64,000 bases of DNA from Utricularia gibba (taxonomy: Eukaryota; Plantae; Magnoliophyta): the NCBI GenBank assembly GCA_002189035.1, contig CM007990.1, positions 3,162,001 through 3,226,000 on the forward strand, read 5' to 3'. A model generated the notes under the pieces. The model saw only the letters and a list, made by a program, of their open reading frames with translations. It made no database searches and was not told where the DNA came from. The position numbers and the translations under genes were made by a program. Of this stretch, positions 1-12,320 are shown one piece after another. Within the stretch, counting starts at the first letter, position 1. Every line of letters starts with the position of its first letter.

Positions 1-513
1 TAATCCATCACAACCCATTGCTATCCATCCCCATAAACCTGTCAACCCATCATAGTGGGGCCGCCCACAACTTGCTTCCACCATTGATCAACCCAATGCA
101 ATGCTTCATTTATTGTCTATCCAACATAAATGTTAATTGGGATATTGGTTGTAAGTGAAAATTTCCGAAAATATCATTTATGGATAATGTATTATATTCG
201 ATATTAATTTTTGAAATTCTATAAAGTAGATAGTAATGATTCATATATTTTAGAAGAGCTTTTAGCATCACATATGGATTGATAGTTCTTATCCAAGTGA
301 TGATGAAGAGTGAAACCAACATTACGGACTGTTCTAAGTAGCGCTTCCATAACTACCAAATCTCTTGAACCTAGGGTTGAAATGAGTTGAACTGAGCTGA
401 GCTATAGCATGCTCTAGCTTGGCTAATTCCCAAAAATATCAAGCTTGAGCTCGAGCTCAAGTACTTCACGCAAGCCTAGCAACTTGTGATAAAACTCAGC
501 TCATTCGAGCTTA

Positions 514-681
514 TGTTGGGATTAGCAAAAATGTATGAATAAAAATGATTCTATGAACAAGACAAAGCTATGAACACCAAACAAGCCCATAGTTTTTCAC
601 TATTCCATATGTATTTATAGAAGTATTTATCCTTGACATAACTATTGTAATTATAACACTACCCTTTATCATAATCCAACA
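514..681 (-). repeat. 3' LTR of the Ale-like Copia (168 bp)
   Basis: Aligns by eye with 6293-6458 (about 85-87% identity by hand count); TG...CA ends. Confidence 0.92.
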
Positions 682-769
682 CCACCTCTCAAACGAAGCA
701 CATTGTGAGTGAGAAGTTTGGATTTCAAAGACTCGAATCGAGGTTGCCTGAGAGCTTTTGTGAAGAAGT

Positions 770-3700
770 TCACAATTGAGTTTTTGAGCAAACATAACTC
801 AACTTGATTTCACCATCTTGTAGTCTTTCTCTGACGAAGTGATGATCAATTTCAATATGTTTCGTTTGATCGTGGAAGATGGGATTTAATTCAATAGCTA
901 TTGTACTTTTGTTGTCACATAAAATTTTTGACTTGCCATGAAAACCCAAAAGAAAGTCAAGAATTTTTTTGATCCAAACAACCTCTGCAACGGTGGTAAC
1001 CAAGGCTCTATACTCTTGCTTCATTACTTAAATTTGCAATTGTTCTCTGCTTACAACTTTTCCAACCAATCAAGCTACTACCAAAATATACCCAATATCC
1101 GGTTACTGATCTTCGAGTGCAAGAATCTGCAGCCCAATTAGAGTCACAAATGGACACTACAGAATCCAAAGAGAGGTTAGTTGAATCATCTCTGTGGAAG
1201 GTTAATCCCTCTCTAAGACTACCTTTAACATATCTTAGAATTCTTTTCAACATAGCAAAGTGATGTCATGTTACTTGATGCATATATTGACAGATTTGAT
1301 TAACACTATATGTAATGTCTGGTCTGATCAGAGTCAAGTACTATAAACCTCCAGCTAATGCACGAAAAAGTTCAAGAGTAGTCATAGGATCATGTTGCTC
1401 ATCAGTTAGGGGAGAGCAAGAAGCAGACATAGGAGTAGGTGCTGCTTTGCATTCCAACATCTCTGCCCTTTTCAATAAATTAGAAGCATATTTAGTATGA
1501 TGAATTGAAAGAGTATCCTTATCCCGTTGAGTTTCCAATCTAAGAAAATAATTGGGTGAGCCAAGATCTGTCATTCAAAACCTCCCTTCTAGTAGCTTCT
1601 TTAATTTGATAATCAGAGAAGATGAATTTCCAGTGATGATATTGTCATCCACATACAAAAGAAGAATAATAATTTTACTATCTTTCTTATAGAGAAATAG
1701 GGAATGATCACCACTGGCCTGTGTAAATCCAAGGTCAAGATCACATGACTGAAACCTAAGAAACCAAGTCCTAGGTGCTTGTTCAACCTGTAAATTGAGT
1801 GTTTGCAAACAAAACGTTGAGGATCACCTTCAGTAAATCCCTCAGGTTGCTCCATTTATACTTCCTCAGCTAATTCTTCGTGCAAGAAAGCATTCTTTAC
1901 ATCAAGTTGATGTAAAGGCCAATTATTGTGAAGTACAATCTGAAAGATTATCCTAGTTGTAATAATCTTCACTACTAGGCTGAAGGTTTCATCAAAATCA
2001 ATTCTATGTTGTTGAGTAAATCCAGAAGCAACTAATTGTGCTTTGTATCAATCAATAGAACCATCCACTTTGTATTTCACCCGAAATATCCATTTACTGC
2101 CGACCACATTATGCCCAGTAGGCCAAGGCACTATGTCCCAAGCTTGATTTAAATACATTGCACTCAACTCCTCATTCATAGCAAAAACCCAATGAGGATC
2201 AATAGATGCTTCGGTGTAACCAAAACATAGTCATCGAGATAAGACGTCTGCTTGTGCACCAGTGTAGAATGCCTTGAGGGAATTATTGCAGGCGAAGAAG
2301 GTTCAAATGCAGCCTGTAATTTAGCATTAGGAAAGTTTGAATCAATAAAATTGCTATTAGGCTTTGGCAAGGATGTTGCAGTGGCTGAAATTGACATGCC
2401 AAGAGATGAATTATCAAGAAACACTAGTGTTGGAACAGAGGAAATAACAGCTGGAATTAGCGCTAATGACCCAATGAGTATGTGCAGTGACTCAAAATCA
2501 AGGGTCAAAGAAGCTGTCTGAGTGTGAGCAGCGAGATAAGGGAATGAACTCTCATCAAAAGTAACATCCTTTGAGATCAATAACTTGTGACTAGAAATAT
2601 CAAAACAACGAAAGCCCCTTTTGTGATGATCATAATCAATAAAAACACAACTTTGAGCCCTTGCAGAAAACTTATGGAAATGTTTGCTTGCAATATGCAC
2701 ACAGTAGCGACAACCCGGAATTCTTAGAGAAGAATAATCTGGTAGGCTGCCATGAAGTAATTGATATGATGATGAGTTCTAAAGTGTAGCCGAAGGAAGC
2801 AAATTGATAACATAAACTGTAGTGTCAAAGAACTTTGTCCATAGATACGATGGAATGCCAACTTTAAACATAAAAGTTAATGCAACTTCATTAATGTGGA
2901 GATGTTTGCATTCTGCAATGCCATTCTGAGCTGATCTATTTGAGCAAGAGGATTTTTTCAAAATATCATTATCTTGAAGAAAAGTTTTAAATTAATGGAA
3001 TGATATTCACCATTGCCATCATCATGCAAGACACTAATGGGAAACTGAAAATAACTTTCAACTTGGGCTTTTAATTGTCGAAAAATGGAAAAGACTTCGG
3101 ATTTATGTTTCATAAAAAATATCCAAATGAAACGAGAAAAATCATCCACAAATAGGACATAGAAATGTGACCCAGAATGAGATGGATTAGGCATTTACCG
3201 CCAAACATTAGAGTGAATTAATTGAAGTGGATGAGTGGTAGTGATGATAGAATGAGGAAGATAGGCCCCAGTATGCTAAATTTGAGATGGGAATTGCCCA
3301 AGGATATACAATTTTGTTGTTGCAAGAGGTGTAAAGAATAAGAATTGCAATGACCCAAACTATCATGCTACATAAATGAACTCTAAGTATTATTAGAATA
3401 AGGAACTGTCAAAGCAACATTGTTCGAATAAAGACACCGTAAAGAACAACTAAAAGAAAATAAAGCAGGAACCAGACCCAAATCATAACTCCCATTAAGA
3501 TAGTAAAGTCTACTCCAACGAGTCCCTCTAGGAATAGGTTCTTGGACACTAGGTCCTTCAATAAAATAGCAAAAGGTGTAAAGGTACATTGAGTGTTAAA
3601 ATGAAAGAGTAATTGGGAAATGGAGAGCAAGTTAAACTGAAAACTGGGAACTAAGAACACATTAGGAATAACTCGATAACCATAGGGAGTATCCAATTTG

Positions 3701-4860
3701 ACTGACCCAAGATGTGTAATGAGGTGGCAAGATTTCTCTCCAGTGAAGACAAAACCATTTCCAAGATAAGGTGTTAAACAACAAAACTTACCGACATTAG
3801 AGGTGACATGAACAACAACACCACTATCTAAAATACAATTGTTATGAGGAGATGGATGAACACCCAAACTCATCTGCTGCACAAGCGTAGCTATGTCAGA
3901 AACATTGTCATGAACTTGAGAAGTCAGCTGCTGTTGAGTCAAAGAGTAACCGCCAGCAGCAATAAAATTGCCTGGGCATGAGTTTGGTCGGTGAGACACA
4001 TGCGTTGGTCGATAATCAACATAATGAAGATTATTAGAAGGATATCCTTCAAATGGTGTGTAATGATTATAGCATCTATTTGTAGTGTGACCACTTCGAG
4101 AGCAAATTTGACGTGTAATAGATTGACCACCCCAACCACGAAATTGGCCGCCACCTCATTGACCAAACGATGGTCCACTGTGGCCAAAATTTGGGCCAAA
4201 ATATAGCTACTGCTGTTGTTAATAATTTGAGCGCTGCCGATATTGATGTGCAGTAGAGGAATAGCCATTTCCTTGCTGATAATTATGGCGCCCTCCACAA
4301 CAATTGCCTTGACCATCGTGCTGCCATAAGGGTGAGTTGCTAACACAAAGTTTTCAATTGAAACAACTGTCTCACACACCGCTATAGCTTTAAATTTTCT
4401 TCTCTGCTCATACTGTAGGAAGATAGCCAACACACTATCAAAGGATGGAAGTGGTTGGTGCACATGAATTGCACTTACAGTATCTTGATAAGCAATCGAG
4501 TAATGCATTGATGAAATACATCAAACAATCACAGGATTTCAAAGTTTTTCCAACTATTCAAGTTGATCACAGAGACTCTTGACTTGATTATAAATGTTAA
4601 GTATATCTTGTTTTTCTCCATGCTTGAGAGTTGCCAAGGTACCCTTTAACTGCAATACCTTAAATTAATATGAATCGTATAAGCATCCCTCAGAAAATTC
4701 CAGAGATCAATAGAGACGCTTATATTCAAAACGTGCAACAATATTTCCTCAGATAACGTGGATTTAATCCACGAAACAACTTGAATATCATTAGCTGCAC
4801 ATTCTTCAAACTCGGGATTGAAAACACTAGTTTATGTTTCTTTTTCACCATCACAACAGC
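770..4860 (-). pseudogene. Frameshifted Copia gag-pol: RNase H (770-1253), RT (1341-2170), integrase (2176-3194), protease/GAG-pre-integrase (3200-3999), gag (3939-4860)
   Basis: Motifs EYRALVTTVAEVVW..CDNKSTI..NPIFHDQTKHIEIDHHFVRE (RH), LLLYVDDNIITG (RT), YVLFVDDFSRFIWIFFMKHKSEV and QNGIAECKH (INT), CILDSGVVVHVTS (PR). Many stops and frameshifts. Confidence 0.9.
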
Positions 4861-4865
4861 AACCA

Positions 4866-5989
4866 TGATAAACGAAAAATTATGCAATGTCGTTAAATGC
4901 AAATTTCTCCTATCAAATAAATTTATAACCTAATACACCTTCAAGCATAAAACAATTATGAGCATAGTGATTAGGGTCGAACACGAAGAGCAGGTGCTTG
5001 TTATGTGAGTGTTAATGCATGTAATCAGTGTCACGTTGATAAAATTGGTCTTAGCTAGAAATAAAACAGATCTACGATGGAATGCAGTAAGGAAAAGATA
5101 ACAAGTTTGGATTCGGTAGTTTCTGGAATGGAATGGGTGATGCCTTGGGACTCCCAGGGGATGTATGCCTATCAAAAATCATACAACTAACTTACAAGAT
5201 CTAGGTTTACCCGGATTCTTCTTTTTCCCCCTAATCTTTGGTCTACCTCTAATTAGGGTTGTTAGTTGGGTTTCACTACCTCCCTTTCCTGGATCTATCC
5301 TGATTTGCTAAGGAAGTAGTGTGACTTATGATTTATTAGGTCTAAGGATGGATTAACATATTTCTCCCCTTTTCACCCCAAGGCACTCCCCTAAGTGCTT
5401 AGCTACTCATGGTAATGGAAAGTAAAAAACATCTTCATAGCATATACTAAGCAACATCTTGGCTACAAATGCTAAACACAACAATGAGCAATATGAAGCA
5501 AAAGTAGGATAGACACTTCGTTCACACAGGAAATCCAAATCTAGTCTTAGCTAGGAACAGTAAACATGAAGAACGAAAATAATTTCTCAAGAGAAGCTAT
5601 ATTCTTCTGGTTCGTCGTCCCCTCCTACTTCCTCCAGAAAAATCTCTAGAAACTTGTCTTGAGTCTCCAAAGGGAGATCTGACTTCTCTCTCATCTTTCC
5701 TCCCTTTTTGTCCAAAATCTCCCTTTTTCCTCCTTGGATTTTATGTGTACCACTTTTCAGACATTTGGACTCATCTTCTGCCACTACACTGTGCATATTC
5801 GGCTCCTTGGGATTCGTGTTGCAACATGCACTGCATTGCTCGAGTAAAACTATTAGAAGGTTGAGACTAAAATAATACAATTGCGGTACTTATGAGCAAA
5901 AATATAAAACTAGGTAGTAAAACTAAATTTTTGTAGCAAAATATGAATCTTTTCCATGCACTCAATCACTTAAAAATATGTGTTATCAA
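4866..5989 (-). mobile_element. Solo LTR (Athila-like family 'A', 1124 bp) inserted into the Copia gag
   Basis: Minus strand TGATAACAC...GTTTATCA; perfect TSD AACCA (4861-4865, 5990-5994). Gag reads PIKLNFSNYMVWK..GYIDG before it and NPEFEE..SWIKSTLSE after it. 5600-5989 is highly similar to 57925-58300 in the opposite orientation. Confidence 0.9.
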
Positions 5990-6200
5990 ACCATAACCTT
6001 TTCTAATGCTGGAATCAAACCATCGATATATCCAGCCCTTCTTTGACTAGTGAAAAAGGTCCACATTAAGTTTTTCCAAACCATATAATTACTGAAATTC
6101 AACTTGATGGGCACGACATGAGATAAAAATCCAGGAACAGAAAGATTCGTCATAATAAAACTCAAGAGCAGTAACTCAAAAGAAAAATACCCAAGAATTG
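5990..6200 (-). pseudogene. N-terminal gag fragment of the Ale-like Copia
   Basis: VPIKLNFSNYMVWKNLMWTFFTSQRRAGYIDG is typical of the Copia gag N-terminus. Confidence 0.8.
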
Positions 6201-6292
6201 AAACCTGCCAACAAAAAACTTGAAATTGAAACATACGACAACACCAATATGATAACAAAATCACACTGCAACAAATCCCACTTCCAACACCA

Positions 6293-6458
6293 TGTTGCGA
6301 TTAGCAAAAGTGTATGAATAAGAATGATTCCATGAATAAGAGAGCTATGAATGGCAAACAATCCCATGACTTTTCACTATTCCATATGTATTTATACAGG
6401 TATTTATTCTTGACCTAACTGCTGTAATTACAACACAACCCTTTAAATTAATCCAACA
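6293..6458 (-). repeat. 5' LTR of the Ale-like Copia (166 bp)
   Basis: Direct repeat of 514-681, followed on the minus strand by a degenerate PBS. Confidence 0.92.
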
Positions 6459-7518
6459 GCTTAAGTGGGCTTACAAGCTTTAGTCGAACCTAATCAAGCT
6501 TACACTTTACTAATGTTAAAACCTATGTAGCACCAATGTTGTTTCAGGACAAAAAGGAAAGATTCCAATAAAAATAAAGGCAGCTTGTTTAAACTCTCAT
6601 TGTGATTGTTGCTATGATATCAATGATGTTTTTAGTAGTGTCAAGCATCCTTAACCACAATTCTACAAACCCAATGCTTTTTTCAAATAATTAAAAATCA
6701 AAAGGCCTTGTGACAACTAACAAAGGCAGCTTGTTTATTAAATTTATGAAATTTAAATTACTAGTTTGCTCCATATAGATATATGCCACCAGAACCCAAT
6801 GATTGCAAGTCAATAAAAGTAACACTGATATGGTGATTTCAAAGGAGTAAGGCATAAAAACATCTTTTCCTCTTATACCAACACAAACACACTGCAAAAG
6901 CTTACATTGTTTCAAACTCTTCCTATTTCAAAAAGAGCAAGAAAGAAAACAAAATAAGTGATCAGAATGAGATTAAAAACAGGAACATTTGCATTTGACC
7001 ATTGACTCCTAATATATCCAAAACAAAAAGGAACATCAAGTGCTCAAACTAAACAATTACATACATGAAAATGTAAACTTTTCAAACAAAAGGCAATTTG
7101 TTGGAACAATGGCACCATGCAACATTGGAATTCTGGAATTTGTGTCACTTTTAAAACTTTTTCAAGTCATTAAGAAAAAAACCTTCTTTTGTGTTGTTTG
7201 TAACTAACCAGTATTTCAAATATATTTGCTGAAACCATCTTTACGATTTGAAAACTCGAATGTATTAGATGAACTTAATAAATAATGTTCAACAAGGAAA
7301 ATCAAAATCAAAAGATAAAAAAAATCAACTAACAAGAAGATAGAAAATATTGCACGCCATACACAATAATATTTTATATTTCAACTCATTAGTACATCAA
7401 ATTTTAATGGTTCCTCTTCACTAATTGCCCAAAATAATTTTTCTTCCAGATAATGGTGTAGCTGTATTTTTTGAGATTGAGAACCCTCTTAATTTTGCAC
7501 AAATTTATTAAATTGAGT

Positions 7519-7965
7519 TCATCTAACAAGTGAAGCTTTTTCCAAACTTGAGCTAATTGAAGACGAACAAAAAAATTCTATATTTATCAAATGACTTGAT
7601 TCATCAATTTCAATGTACTCATTGAACAGCTCCTGCAATTCTTGTTGTACTTTTAGAATATTTATAGCATTGTCTTCTTTAGAATATATTGAACTAAAAG
7701 CAAATTCAACCATTTTCATCTTGAAGAAAGAATCTGAAACTGTGGCCATTGATACAACAAGATGGCATTCTTTCCAATACTTGGTAAATTTGTCTTTCAT
7801 CTTGGACATCATAGTCTCTAAGAACATTTCTTCAACATTTTCATTGGTATTGAAAACCTGCTTAATCCTCCAAATAATATTTAGAAATTTTCTGGACGTA
7901 ATATAATCAGTTTTTGATATTATAGTTGTAGCCTCATACAAACCTTCTAAAATATGACCAATCAT
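7519..7965 (-). pseudogene. hAT transposase fragment (RNase-H-fold region, SLEEPER-like)
   Basis: ILEGLYEATTIISKTDYITS..MKDKFTKYWKECHLVVSMATVSDSFFKMKMVEFAF matches the hAT pattern F..AT..ISG..Y.T...M..KF.KYW...L.IA.VLDPR.K. Confidence 0.8.
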
Positions 7966-9697
7966 TTAATTTTTTCCCAATTTTCAGATGATGAGTAAAC
8001 AATTAAACTAGGCTTCATTTTTGCAAAAATAGCCAAGAACTAGCTCCATATGGATCCACCTGCACTTGCCATTATTATATTATTTTTTCCGTGAATGTTA
8101 TATAGATTATTTGTTCAGTTTTAGAAATATTTTTTAATGGAGAAAACTTTTAGACATATAATACCTTAAAATGTTCCATCTGTCACACACAAAATCCACA
8201 GAAATTGCAAAACACAATTTCAACAAGTCAAATAAAAGTGATTGAATAAAATTAGCAGAATAGAAAGAGCAACTCCACTCAATTCCAGAAGAAATAAAAA
8301 ATGCTGCAGACTTGCATCACCAGTCACATTTTAATAGTCTACTAATGTGTAGGGTCTCTTCATTTGAAGGGTTGAAGCCCAAATCCCAAAGTTATGTATG
8401 AGCCCCATCCAATTAATTCCAAACTAAATACCAAATAAAAGATTAACTAAAAGAATATTTTATATCATAAACTTATATTAATTGAGTTGTTTCATTTATT
8501 AATGAGCTTAGTCAATAGTTGATTAGGTTCAGCTCATTTAACAATTTTGAGCCTATCATATTGTTCAAGCTTAGATCAAGCTCATTTAATTCTATCCCAA
8601 GCCGAGCCACCTACGAGTCGAGCCTTGAACCTATTGTGAGCCAATAACTTAAATTGATCATTTACTAAAAGTCATTTCTTCTCTAATTTGATATTATAAC
8701 AATCACTTTCAACTATCACCATTTATAGTTAATTCCTTCGGCCCAATTTCATATTTTTACCACTTAAGCTTTCGAAACTGATTACTATCAACACACTTGA
8801 GATGAAAAACAATACAAAAGCTAGAGTCAATATGGGTTCTTGTTGGATGGTTGAATAAGAAGGAGGTTGTTGTAGTTGATGCAGTTTGAGGCTTAAGTAG
8901 GCTTGATGTCTTTTATAGATGGTTTTGAAGATTTTTCCATATTTAAGATTTCCAAGATATCCTCTCCATATCTTGAGGATCAGATATGAAAAGATTATAT
9001 TTTACATTTAGAGGATATCTCCTATACCACATATTAGAAGAAAATATTATTTTTTGGAGATTCTTTCATTCTTAATTTGTAAGTCATTTCTATTGGGTTT
9101 TTTAGGACTTCATGGGCTAATTATAACTTTTGCAGTATTTGGTGGGCACCACAATAATGTTCATCCTTGTTGGGTACTTATCTTTGATTTTTTGTCTAGT
9201 GTTTCTGAATGTTACTCGAGTAACCTATCTTTGGGCACACTTTCTTGGACCCTGTCACCTTGCTCTTTAACTATTCAACCTTTGGAGTTAGACCAATATG
9301 ATCCTAAGAGACTCCAATGTGCTTATGAAATTGCTTCATAGCCAACTTCGATCATGAGTTGCTAGTTGAGGCCCCATGGAAGACTTGTATAATGACCTAC
9401 AAGTCATAAGGTAGAGTATGAAAAGGGACATACTAGGTTAAAAAGAGGAAAAATCTGACTTTCAGGCATACCGTTTTTATATGACTGTAAAATATACAAC
9501 ATTGGAAGTCAAGTTTTCCAAAAAGCTGCACTTTTGGAGCAATAGCATTAAATGCATGTCATGAAATCTTATGAAGTGTTCCACCTCCTTAGGAGAGAAA
9601 TTTTCCTTTGTATATAGGTTGTAATATGACTTCATATTGATCAAGTTTAGTGGACCCATTCTCTTAGTATTACAACATAAGTTTTTATGTGTTTAAT

Positions 9698-10242
9698 TAG
9701 AGATGAAAGTAGGGCTGGGCCAGGCTGACCCGACCCTATTTCAGAGGGCCTCGCCAAGTTTCGGGCTAGGATCGGGCTAAAGCCCAATTACATAAAAATA
9801 TGTTTAGCGTGCCCCTATCTCAATTATTCATAGGTTCGGGCTGGCCCTACTTGGCCCATGGGTTTACCATATAATAATTAAATTTTTTTAAAAAATTATT
9901 AAATATTAATATTATTTAAATAATTTATAGAAACAATTTAAAATTACTATATAAATTATTAATTCATATTATCTATCCTAAAACTAAAATAATATATAGA
10001 AAATGAATTTAAATTATTCAAAATTAAAATAATTATAATTATTATATATAAAAATTCTATTTTTAAATTGTCCCTAGGTCTGTCAGGCTTTAAGGCTCGA
10101 AGCCAAATCGGCCCTAAGGGCTTAGAGCTTCGGGCCAAAAAGCCGGACAATCTTTTGGGTCATCAATGTATAGGCCCAAGCTTGATGTTTTTAGGGTCGG
10201 ACCGGGCTGGCCCATGGGCTTGGGCTTTAACTTTCATCCATA
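9698..10242. mobile_element. Non-autonomous hAT-like element/MITE (about 545 bp)
   Basis: Imperfect TIRs TAGAGATGAAAGT / rc TATGGATGAAAGT. GGGCC/GGCCC-rich subterminal repeats flank an AT-rich core. The 8-bp flanks match only 5/8. Confidence 0.6.
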
Positions 10243-11139
10243 GTTTTACTTATATTAGGATAATTATATTTTTTATTATCTTTTACTTAAATATTTATTT
10301 AATTTAATTTTGTTTAAGTGTATGGTTGGAGAGGCACATGTGATAGAAAATGAAAAAACGAGGCAGCACAAACTGACCAAACGAGACCCTCTTCAAAAAG
10401 ACATTTCCCATGATTTTTGAAAGAACACATAATATTCATGATGAGCCTTGACATGCAGCTTACGATTGTAGTTGACAAAGAAAATGATCATTGTGATATA
10501 GTGTTAAAGACATACAATAACAACGGAATTTATGGGGTCATGAAATGTAGATGAAACGGAGATTTCTCTTTCTAGTTTGGTGTTTAGATTTGTATTTGAC
10601 ATCTCTCTAAACAATTACCTACCTTCTGTCTAGTTCTACTAGGAGTTTCATTTTTTGTATGCGCATTCACAGCTAAACCCTTCATTTCTGGGTTAGAAAA
10701 CTTCCCCTTCTATGCTTTGTGAATAATTCTTTACTTTTTCTTTGAATTCGATTGGGTTTCCAATCTCTCCATGTGTCTATATTATAGTATTTCTGTAATA
10801 ACCCCTAGTAAAGATTTATGAATAGCTGGTTATTTGTTACAAGTTTTGAAGAAGAGTAACATGAAAAGCACCAACTCAAATCCTCTAGTTCGAGAGAGAC
10901 AATGTATTGATCGTTATTATATCCATAGCAATAGAGAGATAGTGACATCATATTTGGACTATTGGGTTGTTGGTAGCACTCAAGTACACATACACAATTC
11001 GATCATGAAGATTATTGATTGCTAGACCTTTTATCTTTCTATTCATCCAATGAAAAGCTACATGAGGCAATTTTAGTACCTCATAAAAGAGTGCAAGGGA
11101 ACATAGACAATTCCGTGTTCCTATAGATAGGTACTTGAA

Positions 11140-11380
11140 AGAAATACAGAGGAGTGGAAATATAACTAACATAATTGAAAAGGATTCTAATCTCATGAAC
11201 AATCATTTACATGAGGTTATTTACCTTTATATCTCTGTTTATAAAATGGTGATAGTTTGTAATTGGTTTAAACTTCACATCTATCTTGAAAATCAATTCT
11301 TTTTTATGATACTCATACTATACCCTTAAAGTGTTTGACATTTTAAATTCTCTTAAAATTCATTTTGGAACGACACACAT
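11140..11380 (+). repeat. Unclassified dispersed repeat, similar to about 42160-42470
   Basis: GAGGAGTGGAAATATAACTAA...CTCATGAACAATCATTT here vs GAGGGGTGGAGATATAACTAA...CCCATGAACAATCATTT at 42170; similarity continues to ...GGAACGACACACATC / ...GGAACAACATCCATC. Confidence 0.55.
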
Positions 11381-12022
11381 CGCTCTCAAAGAAAAACTAT
11401 GCACAAATGCTCTTGCTTGAAAAGACCTTTTGTTAGTACTTGAGCAAGATCCTCAATGTCGAAGCTCTTCATTGTTGGATCCACATTAAAATCTAGTTTG
11501 TCTTCGGTAAATCTTAGCCTTAGTTTCTTTGATTGAACCTCAATCTGTAGGGCCATAAATAATCCTCCAAAGTTAATGGGTATCTCCATACCCAATGCCA
11601 TGTCTAGGACTACAAAGTTGTATAGAACATAATAATATAACAGGAGAACAATTAACCTTTGAATTGACCTATTAGTAAAACCAATTAAATCTTCATGGCA
11701 CTTATCTCCTCTTTATCTAATGCCTTGAACAAATAATATAACATGAGAACAATGTTGGATCACAAATCAAAAAGACAATTCTCAACTAGATTTTTCAATC
11801 ACAGAAGGTTTAGTAAACATTATAGAGTCAGCATGCTTTAGGACTACACTACATTACAGAATCAGCATGCTTTAGGACTACACTAAACATGAGAACAATG
11901 TTGGATCCCAAAATAACCTTGAAGAACTTCGCATTCCATTTGCTACATCATGTCCTTGAAAAGGATGTTCACATGAAGGGTCTTAACATTGACATAACCT
12001 TAGAGCACTTTTTAATCCATTA

Positions 12023-12320
12023 GTGTGTGTTTGGTTGGTGAGTGATTCCTTAACCAAGTTTAGTTTATTTAAGTTTATATAAATGGATTTTATGGGTTTA
12101 AGATCCATCAGGGATGTTCACATGATTTCGTGAAACTTTAGCACTATCATGTTCAACAGATTTGAATAGATTTGCTACAAATCTATAGGAATGTCAACTT
12201 TGAAAAAGATTGGGTAGATCTGCAATCTTGTAGATCTGCATTCAAATTCACACTAGTTTAGGGTAGAATTGGAAACTACACCCCTTGTTTACTTAAACCG
12301 TCCACACCCCAAACACACCC
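12023..12320. mobile_element. Tourist-type MITE (PIF/Harbinger, about 300 bp)
   Basis: TIRs GTGTGTGTTTGG / rc GGGTGTGTTTGG; flanks TTA / TCA, a near TWA TSD. Confidence 0.6.

Larger units (their letters stand above)
514..6458 (-). mobile_element. Full-length but decayed Ty1/Copia LTR retrotransposon, Ale/Retrofit-like (short LTRs)
   Basis: LTRs TGTTG...CAACA at 514-681 and 6293-6458; perfect 5-bp TSD GCTTA (509-513, 6459-6463). PPT TTTGAGAGGTGG (minus strand) abuts 681; degenerate PBS TGGTGTTGGAAG at 6292-6281. Domain order gag-PR-INT-RT-RH on the minus strand. Confidence 0.93.
372..8665 (-). mobile_element. Degenerate hAT DNA transposon, host of the nested Copia at 514-6458; right end approximate
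   Basis: Left end TAGGGTTGAAATGAG at 372. GAGCT/CGAGC subterminal repeats at 385-510, continuing at 6459-6500 and again at 8520-8645. Transposase fragment at 7519-7965. Right TIR is only degenerate (TTGATCATTTAC, about 8655) and no 8-bp TSD was confirmed. Confidence 0.6.

Noticed and set aside
8624-8633. CTTGAACC(TA) matching the left flank of the hAT at 364-373, a possible 8-bp TSD
   Set aside because: Not preceded by a TIR; it sits within GAGC-type subterminal repeats and is probably coincidental.
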